Assembly (NCBI GenBank): GCA_965208125.1
Contig: OZ242320.1
Location: forward strand, 928,001 to 992,000
From: Candidatus Latescibacterota bacterium
Lineage (GTDB): Bacteria; Latescibacterota; UBA2968
Direction of reading: 5' to 3'
Length of the DNA: 64,000 nucleotides
Part shown: positions 38,214 to 47,013 of the stretch, one piece after another
How positions within the stretch are numbered: the first letter of the stretch is position 1
Layout: every line of letters begins with the position of its first letter
Notes under the pieces: model-generated
Told to the model about the DNA's origin: nothing
The model's input: the letters and a program-made list of their open reading frames with translations, nothing else
Databases searched by the model: none
Translations under genes and position numbers: made by a program

Positions 38214-40751
38214 ATGAACATCACAATCCCCGAAATCGCACTCGTCGTCCTCATCGGCGTATCTGGCTCTGGCAAATCCACATTCGCCAGAACCCACTTC
38301 AAACCGACCGAAGTCCTGTCCTCCGACTACTTCCGCGGACTCATCAGCGACGACGAAACCGATCAGACCATCACAAAAGAGGCATTTGAAACCCTCCACT
38401 ACGTGGCCGCCAAACGCCTCGCCAATTACAAACTCACCGTTATCGACGCCACCAGCGTACAGGAAAGCGCCCGCAAACCTCTCGTCGCATTGGCCAAACA
38501 ACATCACGTCTTCCCCATCGCCATAGTTCTCGACATACCCGAAGACCTCTGCCGCGAACGCAACAAACATCGCCCAGACCGCAACTTTGAACATCGCGTT
38601 ATCGCGCAACAACGCCACCAACTCCGCCGCTCGTTCAAACGCCTCAAACGCGAAGGATTTCGCCGCATCTACACCCTGCGCTCAGAAGACGAGGTCCAGC
38701 GCGTGTGCGTCACACGAGAAAAAGTTTGGCCCAACCGCCGCGACGAACGCGGCCCCTTTGACATCATCGGCGATGTACACGGCTGTTACGACGAACTTCT
38801 CGCGCTACTCGACAAACTCGGCTACGACATTCAGCCCGACCACATAACACCACCGCCGGGACGCAAAGCCATCTTCCTCGGCGACCTCGTAGATCGCGGT
38901 CCCCAAACACCCCAGGTACTCGACCTCGTCATGCAAATGGTCGATTCCGACACCGCCCTCTGCATCCCCGGCAACCACGACACGCGCCTCGTTCGCGCGC
39001 TGCAGGGCAAAAAAGTCAGACCCACTTATGGCCTTTCCGAAACCCTCGAACAACTCGAATCATATCCCACTGAAGACCGCAAACGCTATGCAAAATTCCT
39101 CGACAGCCTCGTCAGCCACTACATACTCGACAATGGCAACCTCATCGTTGCACACGCCGGAATGAAAGAAGAACTGGCCGGACGCACCTCGGGCACCGTG
39201 CGCGCCTTCGCACTATATGGCGAAACCACGGGCGAAACCGACGAATTTGGCCTGCCCATCCGCATCAACTGGGCGGCGCGATACCGCGGCAAAGCCACCG
39301 TCGTCTATGGACACACCCCCGTGGCCAATCCCGAATGGCTCAACAACACCATCAACATCGACACGGGCTGCGCCTATGGCGGCGCACTCACAGCCCTGCG
39401 CTATCCCGAAAAAGAATGCATTTCCGTACCCGCGCTCAAAATATATAGCAAACCCGCGCGCCCACTTGCCTCTCAGACCACGCGCTCCGCACAGCAAACG
39501 CACGACGACATGCTCGACATCGATGACGTCAGCGGCAAACGCGCCGTAGATACCTTTCTCATCCCACGCATCACCATCCGCGAAGAACACGCCACAGCCG
39601 CACTCGAAATCATGAGCCGCTATGCCATCGACCCCAAATGGCTGATCTACCTGCCGCCGACCATGGCCCCATCAAAACCCAGTTCGCGTCCCAATATCCT
39701 CGAATATCCCGACGAAGCTTATGCCTACTACCGGGAAAACGACATCACCAGGGTCATAGCTGAAGAAAAACACATGGGATCTCGTGCCATCGTCATCCTG
39801 TGCAAAAATGACGATATTGCCCGCACGCGTTTCGGTCTATCCGAACCCGCACCCGGCGCGTGTTATACCCGAACGGGCCGTTCCTTCTTTGACGATACAA
39901 CCCTCGAAGCCGCATTCCTCACACGCCTCCAAAACGCCGTCTCCAAAGCCGACCTCTGGAAAAGCCTCAACACCACCTGGATAGCCCTCGACTGCGAACT
40001 CATGCCCTGGTCTGCTCGCGCACAACAACTATTGCAGGAACAATATGCGGCTGTCGGTGCATCTGCACGCGCATCTCTCAACGCCACCCTCGCGGCCCTC
40101 AAAGCCACCGCTGCCAACAACATCGACGTCTCCGACTGGCTCGCCAAATACAAAGACCGCTCACAGCGCATTGACCGATACATTCACGCGTACCGCGCCT
40201 ATTGCTGGCCCGTTCACAATCTCACAGACCTCAAACTCGCGCCCTTTCACATCCTCGCCACCGAAGGAAGCGTTCACCACAATCAGCCACACACCTATCA
40301 CATGGAAACCCTCTCAAAACTGTGTGCAGCCGATCCCGAACTCTTCCACACCACATCATACCGCGTCGTCGATCTCAACGACGCGCAAAGTTGTGCCAGC
40401 ACCACTGCCTGGTGGAAAGAAAAAACAGCACAAGGAAGCGAAGGCATGGTCGTCAAACCCATAAATTTCATTGCGCGGAACAAAAAAGGCAGGCTGATTC
40501 AGCCCGCCATCAAATGCCGAGGCCGCGAATACCTCCGCATCATCTACGGTCCCGAATACACCACCCCCGAAAATCTCAAAAAATTGCGCTGGCGCAATGT
40601 CAAGACCAAGCAATCCCTCGCCCTGCGCGAATTTGCTCTGGGTCTCGAAGCCCTCAGTCGCTTCGTTCAAAACGAGCCCCTGCGCCGCATCCACGAATGC
40701 GTCTTCGGCGTCCTCGCGCTCGAAACAGAACCTGTGGATCCGCGGCTGTAG
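38214..40751 (+). CDS. pnkp: Polynucleotide kinase-phosphatase-ligase Pnkp
   Basis: Kinase GVSGSGKST; metallophosphatase GDVHG/GDLVDRG/GNHD; ligase EEKHMGSR and EGMVVKP; ends in VDPRL. Confidence 0.95.
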   Translation: MNITIPEIALVVLIGVSGSGKSTFARTHFKPTEVLSSDYFRGLISDDETDQTITKEAFETLHYVAAKRLANYKLTVIDATSVQESARKPLVALAKQHHVFPIAIVLDIPEDLCRERNKHRPDRNFEHRVIAQQRHQLRRSFKRLKREGFRRIYTLRSEDEVQRVCVTREKVWPNRRDERGPFDIIGDVHGCYDELLALLDKLGYDIQPDHITPPPGRKAIFLGDLVDRGPQTPQVLDLVMQMVDSDTALCIPGNHDTRLVRALQGKKVRPTYGLSETLEQLESYPTEDRKRYAKFLDSLVSHYILDNGNLIVAHAGMKEELAGRTSGTVRAFALYGETTGETDEFGLPIRINWAARYRGKATVVYGHTPVANPEWLNNTINIDTGCAYGGALTALRYPEKECISVPALKIYSKPARPLASQTTRSAQQTHDDMLDIDDVSGKRAVDTFLIPRITIREEHATAALEIMSRYAIDPKWLIYLPPTMAPSKPSSRPNILEYPDEAYAYYRENDITRVIAEEKHMGSRAIVILCKNDDIARTRFGLSEPAPGACYTRTGRSFFDDTTLEAAFLTRLQNAVSKADLWKSLNTTWIALDCELMPWSARAQQLLQEQYAAVGASARASLNATLAALKATAANNIDVSDWLAKYKDRSQRIDRYIHAYRAYCWPVHNLTDLKLAPFHILATEGSVHHNQPHTYHMETLSKLCAADPELFHTTSYRVVDLNDAQSCASTTAWWKEKTAQGSEGMVVKPINFIARNKKGRLIQPAIKCRGREYLRIIYGPEYTTPENLKKLRWRNVKTKQSLALREFALGLEALSRFVQNEPLRRIHECVFGVLALETEPVDPRL

Positions 40752-40770
40752 TTAAAAAGGAGTGTTGCAA

Positions 40771-41937
40771 ATGTTATTACAAAAAAGATTCTTATTTATT
40801 CTCGCCCTTGCATTACTGGCCTTTGTGAGTCAAGCCTCTGCTGGCCCCAATGCAAATGTGACACTATCGCTTGATCTCATTCCCGATGGCGGAGCGGGCA
40901 ACCAGACAGATGATGGCATTACTTCAGGCACGGTCTCTGGACAGGGCACAAAAATTGCCGTTGAAATCTTCGCAAAAGGTGTAACCACACCTCTCGCCGG
41001 GGTGATAGTCATATTCGACTTTGATCCTGCTATTTTGACTTTTGACAAAGCCGAGAACAGTGCGTTTCAATTTGCTGTTCCAGAACCGGATAAAACTGGC
41101 ATAAACTTCGTCACAAATCCCCCTATCACCTTGCTGGAATCCGGTTTTCTGACACGCGCTGAGTTTACCACCGCAGTGGATGTAACGGATAAGGCATTTA
41201 CCCTTGGCATTAAAATAGTTTCACTTGCTCAAAGCGTGGCAGTGATCGACACAATCACGACGACAAATGCCATATCGTTTAACGAGCCTGTAATCGGCGA
41301 ATTTGAAGGCATGCAACTCCACCTCGACACACAAATTGAAACGCCCGCTGCACAGAACAACAAGCTGTTCATCCCCAAACAAACAGCTGGCGATACGATA
41401 CAAATTCAACTCTTTGTTCCAACGGCTGCAGGCAAACAAACTTATGGTTACGAAATAGAACTCGACCTGCCGGGCAAGACATTTTCCGACTACATCGGCA
41501 GCATATCGGGCACGAGTTTTACAGACACACCCCTGCGCCAAACACCGGATCGCCCTGTCCTGTCCGCACTGCTCATCTCTACTTCTGCTGTGCCGGACAA
41601 TGGTTATCTCGGTCAAATTGACCTGCAAGTGACCAACACCCTTGACGCGGAGACAACCCTCATTGTCAAAACCGCTTTAATGGCCGATCTCAATAGGCAA
41701 CAGAGCTCATTGGATGTATCCAACGCCGTGATCACTGTTACTATCATTACCCTTATAGGCGATTTCGATGGCGACCTCGACGTTGACTTTGCCGATTTTC
41801 TCGCCTTTACCAGCGTTTTTGGATTATCATCATCAGATGCCAATTACGATGCGCGTATGGATATGAACGACGATGGTGTTATCAACTTTGCCGATTTTCT
41901 CATCTTTGTTAGCGTCTTTGGGACCACATACTCATAG
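40771..41937 (+). CDS. Secreted protein with cohesin-like beta domains and a C-terminal dockerin/EF-hand pair
   Basis: Signal peptide; GDFDGDLDVDFADFL and DMNDDGVINFADFL. Confidence 0.7.
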   Translation: MLLQKRFLFILALALLAFVSQASAGPNANVTLSLDLIPDGGAGNQTDDGITSGTVSGQGTKIAVEIFAKGVTTPLAGVIVIFDFDPAILTFDKAENSAFQFAVPEPDKTGINFVTNPPITLLESGFLTRAEFTTAVDVTDKAFTLGIKIVSLAQSVAVIDTITTTNAISFNEPVIGEFEGMQLHLDTQIETPAAQNNKLFIPKQTAGDTIQIQLFVPTAAGKQTYGYEIELDLPGKTFSDYIGSISGTSFTDTPLRQTPDRPVLSALLISTSAVPDNGYLGQIDLQVTNTLDAETTLIVKTALMADLNRQQSSLDVSNAVITVTIITLIGDFDGDLDVDFADFLAFTSVFGLSSSDANYDARMDMNDDGVINFADFLIFVSVFGTTYS

Positions 41938-41996
41938 ATGAAACCAGATTTTTTTTAACCGTCGAGCCACCGCTCACTTTCAAAAAAGGATGTCTC

Positions 41997-43286
41997 ATGC
42001 CAGATCGTCCCAATATCCTCTTCATCATCACCGACCAGCAATACGCCGGGGCCATGTCCTGTGCGGGCAACCCCGATGTACACACCCCCAATATGGACAG
42101 CCTCGCCGAAACCGGTGTGCGATTCACCCGCGCCTATTGCACGCATCCCCTGTGCGGTCCTCAGCGCGCCAGCTATATGACGGGCCTCTATCCCCATCAA
42201 AACGGCGCCACGAGCAACGGCACACCGATCAAAGCCGAATACAAAGGCCAAACCCTCAGCAACTTTCTCAAAAACGCGGGCTACGATTGCGCCCTCTCGG
42301 GCAAATGGCACGTCCCCGGCACCACGCCAGAAGAAAGCGGCCTCGAAGTCATCTGCGGCAACCGCGACAACGAAGTGCCCCTCCGCGCCATCGAATTTAT
42401 GAAACGCGACCGCGACAACCCCTTCTTCCTCATCGCGTCATTCCTCAACCCCCACGACATCTGCCAGGTCGCCCGCAGTCAGCCGCTCCCGCAAGGACCC
42501 GTGCCAGAACCCGCAACCATAGAAGAATGCCCGAACCTGCCCGCGAACTTCGCCATCCCGCCCTATTCACCCGACATCCTGCAAATGCTGCGACAGGCCA
42601 ACCGCCGCGTCTATCCCACCATCGAATATACCGAAGACGACTGGCGACGCCTCCGCTTCCTCTATTACCGCCTGTGTGAAAAAGTCGATGCCGAAATCGG
42701 CGTCCTCCTCAACGGCTTGCGCGACCTGGACCTTGAAGAAGATACGTACATCGTCTTCACCTCAGATCACGGCGACGGACACGGCGCACACAACTGGAAT
42801 CAAAAAACCAGCCTCTACGAAGAAGTCATCAACATCCCATTCATCATCAGCCACACAGGCGTCACGCAACCCGGCGGCGTCAACGACACGCATCTCGTCT
42901 CCCTCGGCCTCGACCTCCTGCCCACATTGTGCGATATCGGCAGTGCGAGCACTCCCGATGGCCTCGACGGATTGAGCCTGCGGTCTCTCGCGGAAGGCAA
43001 CACATCCGGCGAATGGCGCGACGATCTCGTCGTCGAAACCATCATCGACCTCGGTTCTGGCCCAGGCGGCAGTGGTGCTTCGCGCGCCGTCCTCACCGAT
43101 CGCTACAAATACAGCGCCTTTCCCATGGGCCGCCACCGCGAACAACTCATCGACCTCCAGAACGACCCCGGCGAAATGGTCAACCTCGCTGTCAACGCGC
43201 GCTTCAAAAATGAACTCGACGACCATCGCCGCCGCCTGCGCGACTGGTGCGAAAAAACAAATGATAGGTCTTTTACAGGTGTATAG
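41997..43286 (+). CDS. Sulfatase (Cys-type)
   Basis: PNILFIITDQ, LCGPQRA, GKWH, SDHGD. Confidence 0.92.
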   Translation: MPDRPNILFIITDQQYAGAMSCAGNPDVHTPNMDSLAETGVRFTRAYCTHPLCGPQRASYMTGLYPHQNGATSNGTPIKAEYKGQTLSNFLKNAGYDCALSGKWHVPGTTPEESGLEVICGNRDNEVPLRAIEFMKRDRDNPFFLIASFLNPHDICQVARSQPLPQGPVPEPATIEECPNLPANFAIPPYSPDILQMLRQANRRVYPTIEYTEDDWRRLRFLYYRLCEKVDAEIGVLLNGLRDLDLEEDTYIVFTSDHGDGHGAHNWNQKTSLYEEVINIPFIISHTGVTQPGGVNDTHLVSLGLDLLPTLCDIGSASTPDGLDGLSLRSLAEGNTSGEWRDDLVVETIIDLGSGPGGSGASRAVLTDRYKYSAFPMGRHREQLIDLQNDPGEMVNLAVNARFKNELDDHRRRLRDWCEKTNDRSFTGV

Positions 43287-43325
43287 TTTTATCGCTTAAA
43301 TCTTTACCTTAACAGGAGTTCCAAA

Positions 43326-44087
43326 ATGGCCGAGAACCTGCTCAAAAACAAACTCTCCAATGGCGGTGTTGCCATCGGACCTTTCGTCAACCTCAGCTCT
43401 GGCGCGCTCATCGAAATCGCGGCATATAGCGGATTTGACTTTGTCATCCTCGACACCGAACACGGGCCACTCGACATACCCACCTGCGAAGACCTCTGCC
43501 GCGTTGCACACGGCGTCGATATCACGCCCATTGTCAGAGTGCGAGAAAATGACCCCGCACAGATCCTGCGCGCCCTCGACATAGGCGCTGGCGGCGTACA
43601 GGTACCGCAAATCTGCAACAAAGCCGATGCCGAAGCCGTCGTGCGAGCAGCCAAATATTCACCGCTGGGCATGCGGGGTGTCTCGCCCTATACCCGAGCA
43701 GCCCGTTATTTTGCAGATGGTGGCGCCATCTTTGAACGCCTCAATGCCTCATCGATGATACTCATCCATATCGAAGGCGTGGAAGGTCTTGAAAACCTCG
43801 AAGAAATCATCTCCGTTCCAGGTCTCGACGTCATCTTCCTGGGACCTTATGACCTCTCGCAATCTCTCGGCATACCCGGCCAGGTCAACGACCCGCGCGT
43901 AGTTGACCGAATGCGCGAAGCCGCAAACTTAATCAACGACGCCGGACTCACCGTCGGCACATTTGCCGACTCTCCCGAAGCCGCCAACCGCTGGATCGAC
44001 GCGGGCGTGGGCTACATCTCGCTCTCCGTTGACACGGGCATCTACCTCTACGGCTGCCGCCACATCCTTCGAGAAATCCGAACCTGA
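43326..44087 (+). CDS. HpcH/HpaI aldolase family protein
   Basis: GFDFVILDTEHG, RALDIGAGG, FLGPYDLS. Confidence 0.92.
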   Translation: MAENLLKNKLSNGGVAIGPFVNLSSGALIEIAAYSGFDFVILDTEHGPLDIPTCEDLCRVAHGVDITPIVRVRENDPAQILRALDIGAGGVQVPQICNKADAEAVVRAAKYSPLGMRGVSPYTRAARYFADGGAIFERLNASSMILIHIEGVEGLENLEEIISVPGLDVIFLGPYDLSQSLGIPGQVNDPRVVDRMREAANLINDAGLTVGTFADSPEAANRWIDAGVGYISLSVDTGIYLYGCRHILREIRT

Positions 44088-44109
44088 TCCATCATCGCAA
44101 AAAAAGAGA

Positions 44110-44135
44110 AAGGAGATACCGCCTGGTATCTCCTT
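44110..44135. terminator. Intrinsic terminator
   Basis: aaggagatacc-gcct-ggtatctcctt. Confidence 0.8.
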
Positions 44136-44334
44136 ATTTTCCATCATAAGCTCTCGGGGGTATCGTGAGTGCTGATGGCTTTATTTGCCTGCACAATAAT
44201 TTATAAAAAAAACAGTCAAGGGGAGACCTTGCTCCCGCGGTCCAATAGGTCAGACCTCTCGACTGTGCTGACAATTTTACTCAAAATCTATGTTCAATTC
44301 CCGTTTTCCAACGGGACGGGCTTTGGAAAATCGC

Positions 44335-44685
44335 TTAACCCTTGATGTAGGTCATAAAACTGAGGATAATAACCGCGACTGCAATGAGCAGAGACAACCA
44401 TTTTATGGTTTGCCCTTCCACGCGATTGATATCGCTTTTTAAATTGGTCTCCACGCGGTTAATATCGTTTTTTAAGGTACTTTCCAAGCGATTAAAGCCC
44501 GCGTTCATCTGGCTAATCAGTTGCTCAAAACGGTTGATCGTCTGATCTTCTATACGGTTAATATCTTTTGTGTTCTGTTCGGTCTGGTCGTCAAGCCCAA
44601 CCCCATTTTTTTCAATATTAATTAACCGCTGGTCTTGTTCGGCCACTTTCTTTTCAAGCCGTGCTATCTTCTCGGAATCTGTCAT
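44335..44685 (-). CDS. Small coiled-coil protein with a C-terminal TM (DUF1640-like)
   Basis: 11-aa repeats (LK.DINRVE); IKWL followed by a hydrophobic tail. Confidence 0.6.
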   Translation of the reverse strand: MTDSEKIARLEKKVAEQDQRLINIEKNGVGLDDQTEQNTKDINRIEDQTINRFEQLISQMNAGFNRLESTLKNDINRVETNLKSDINRVEGQTIKWLSLLIAVAVIILSFMTYIKG

Positions 44686-44698
44686 GACAATTCATCTT

Positions 44699-45043
44699 CT
44701 AATTAGACGCCTCATTTACGACAAATTGGTTCGATGCCGATGAATCGGCTGCTACTCTCTGAGTAGAAAGACCAAGGTAATCCAGAGCGTACTTGTAGCG
44801 GGGGCGTGACGATTTCTTCAACATAGGCAAAATATCTCTCTTTTTAAATGCCCAATAAATTTTCTCTGTCACCTTTTTATCTTCGTCCTGTGCCCGAACA
44901 ACACTTTGTAGAATGAACAGCAAAGCATCCAGATTCTGGTCTTCGTCATAAGTCTCCAGGGCGACATCAATATACTCATCTGCATACCTGGAATCTTTGA
45001 GTTTTGGCATCAGATAATCTTCAAAGGGAATAGCGGCTTTCAT
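44699..45043 (-). CDS. Addiction-module antidote-like protein (HI1420/TIGR02684-like N-terminus)
   Basis: LKDSRYADEYIDVALE...ALLFILQSVVRAQ; AAGGAG RBS. Confidence 0.55.
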   Translation of the reverse strand: MKAAIPFEDYLMPKLKDSRYADEYIDVALETYDEDQNLDALLFILQSVVRAQDEDKKVTEKIYWAFKKRDILPMLKKSSRPRYKYALDYLGLSTQRVAADSSASNQFVVNEASN

Positions 45044-45070
45044 AAAACACGCTCCTTATCCAATGCCTTA

Positions 45071-45391
45071 TTAAATCGGTGCTTGCAGTGCCTGGTTAGG
45101 CCATTTAAGTCGTTCTTCGGCATTCTCAATCGGCCAATTCACGATATCTATCCCCTCGCCTTTAGCCCAGGTCAACTCACGTTTGACCCATTCTGAACGC
45201 CGAGAATTTGGCGAATCAAAAAGAAGTACGCTCGAAGATTTGCGAAGAGCCTGACGAATTTGATCATCCATAGGTGTATCCAGATTGAGATGCTCGGAAT
45301 CAATCCACACATCGCGACCCATACCTGCCAACTGCTTTGTCACGTCATGGACAACTTCGGCGTCACGCCAGGAGTAACAGATAAATATCAT
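45071..45391 (-). CDS. Stand-alone TIR domain protein
   Basis: IFICYS..D, VWID, SPNSRRSEWVKREL (catalytic Glu retained). Confidence 0.85.
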   Translation of the reverse strand: MIFICYSWRDAEVVHDVTKQLAGMGRDVWIDSEHLNLDTPMDDQIRQALRKSSSVLLFDSPNSRRSEWVKRELTWAKGEGIDIVNWPIENAEERLKWPNQALQAPI

Positions 45392-45493
45392 GCGTCACCA
45401 TCTTCCGTTTGCTGATGCTTGTGAACCAAGTAGTGACCATCTCCCTCTTCTGGGGATTTTATATAGCAGAGTGCCGAAAAGATCATAAAAGAA

Positions 45494-45524
45494 AAGGGCT
45501 ACTTCCATATTGGGAGTAGCCCTT
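45494..45524 (-). terminator. Intrinsic terminator of the mini-cassette
   Basis: aagggctacttcca-tat-tgggagtagccctt with a minus-strand U tract. Confidence 0.75.
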
Positions 45525-45547
45525 CGGCTCTATGCGGGTAAAAGGAT

Positions 45548-45745
45548 TTACGGATCATTATCGCTTAGCCATCCACGTTTTCTATCTGCAATACACGCGG
45601 CAAGCGATATGATTAAAATAATTTGATCTTCCGTAAAATCTGAGTCCAGTAGTCTTTGTTTGAAAGAGTGAGAGCCTACGTGAACATCTGGAGAACCGAA
45701 TGTCTCAAGGGTTTTTATAATGTCTTCAACTTGTTCTCGATTCAT
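45548..45745 (-). CDS. Hypothetical 65-aa protein
   Basis: GAGG RBS; ATGA overlap with the upstream 47-aa ORF. Confidence 0.55.
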   Translation of the reverse strand: MNREQVEDIIKTLETFGSPDVHVGSHSFKQRLLDSDFTEDQIILIISLAACIADRKRGWLSDNDP

Positions 45746-45885
45746 TTTTTTCTTACCTCTCTTTTTCTATATAGCCGCTTAAACCTTTCTTTGTTTTGTT
45801 CGGTTTCTATTCGCCTTATGTCTTCTTCTACGGAACGAAATAAAGACTTGACTCCTACTTCCGTCACCTTCATCTTTAATTTCAT
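45742..45885 (-). CDS. Hypothetical basic 47-aa protein (absent from the ORF track)
   Basis: MKLKMKVTEVGVKSLFRSVEEDIRRIETEQNKERFKRLYRKREVRKK*; GAAAGG RBS. Confidence 0.5.
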   Translation of the reverse strand: MKLKMKVTEVGVKSLFRSVEEDIRRIETEQNKERFKRLYRKREVRKK

Positions 45886-45958
45886 ATTCTACCTTTCCGT
45901 GGAGGATGGTGAATATCTGGCCCGGTAGCTCCTTACTACCGGGCTTTCTTTATGGGCA

Positions 45959-45987
45959 AATATATGAGAAGGGATGTGCCTTGTCAA
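45959..45987 (-). promoter_or_regulatory. Sigma70 promoter
   Basis: TTGACA-17nt-TATATT on the minus strand. Confidence 0.65.
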
Positions 45988-46078
45988 TCCCCAATAAGTG
46001 CCGAAAAGACTGGATGAAGTGGAGTTACCCCGTTTTAGATTACATCCTCTTTAGAAAGTTTATGTAGGTCCTGGAGTT

Positions 46079-46384
46079 ACCCCGCTTGGGGGGTCCTGGT
46101 TAAATATGACAGAGTCCATACAGCGCATCTTGAAACGGCGAGGACTGGACGGACACTATCCCCAAACACCTGATCAAATCATCGACTGGTTGGAAGCCAC
46201 TGCTGCGGGATGGAATGTGCATCCAACGCCTTTCGAATGGGGTGGTAAAAGAGCAAAACGACGACAGCGTAGCAGAAACAGACGCTATGCCATAGGCGGA
46301 TCAAGGGCCTTCACCAGATCACCTTTGAGACGGTCTAAATCTGCACTATACCAATGGCAACGTGCATACCAAATGACCCACTAG
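46079..46384 (+). mobile_element. IS630-family transposase 3' remnant with the element end
   Basis: [21 protein letters not shown]...WN..PTPF.WGGKR; ends aaatgacccactag. Confidence 0.75.
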
Positions 46385-47013
46385 AAATAACGGCAATAAC
46401 CAGGACCTACCAGGGCCAATCTTTCCAAAACCCTCTTTTCCCGTTTTTAGGCTTTTCATCACTCATAATGCAATCTCCTTCTCACGCTTTCCAGCACTCA
46501 TCAACAAAAATGGCTTCACTGTCTTCACCCTTTTTATTTTGCAAAATGCGTGCCTAAAATCGTTTTGAAAGTAAAAAAAGCACTTGAAGACGATCAAGTG
46601 GTTGAAAAACAAAGAGATAAATTTCAAAAATTATTGATGTTGCAAATGCGGCATTTATTTATAGGTACATACTACTGTATGCACCTATAAATGCCCAACC
46701 AAACAAAATATATATAAATACCTGATTCATATAAAGATAAACATAGTGCATCCCACAGGATACACTGCATACGGCAGGATGCATCTACGCAATGGCTATA
46801 TCAAACCCATTGGACACCATCACCCATCACATAATGCCAGCAGACGCAACCCCTCGCTTATCCTCGCCCGTCTGTCCTCTTTCTGTATTCCCTACGATTT
46901 TATCACATTCTAAACACGCCCTTCCCGTTTTCACATTTTCTATCACTCCCAACTACGGATAACTCGCCGTTGCCTTTCCATCTGCGTCTTATCTGCGTCC
47001 ATCTGCGGATAAC

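Larger units (their letters stand above)
45470..46009 (-). mobile_element. 527-bp insertion bounded by 13-bp direct repeats, carrying a promoter, two small ORFs and terminators
   Basis: agtgccgaaaaga occurs at 45470-45482 and 45997-46009. Confidence 0.6.

Noticed and set aside
46020-46084. tggagttaccccg direct repeat as iterons
   Set aside because: Only two copies, one at the IS630 truncation junction; more likely a rearrangement scar.
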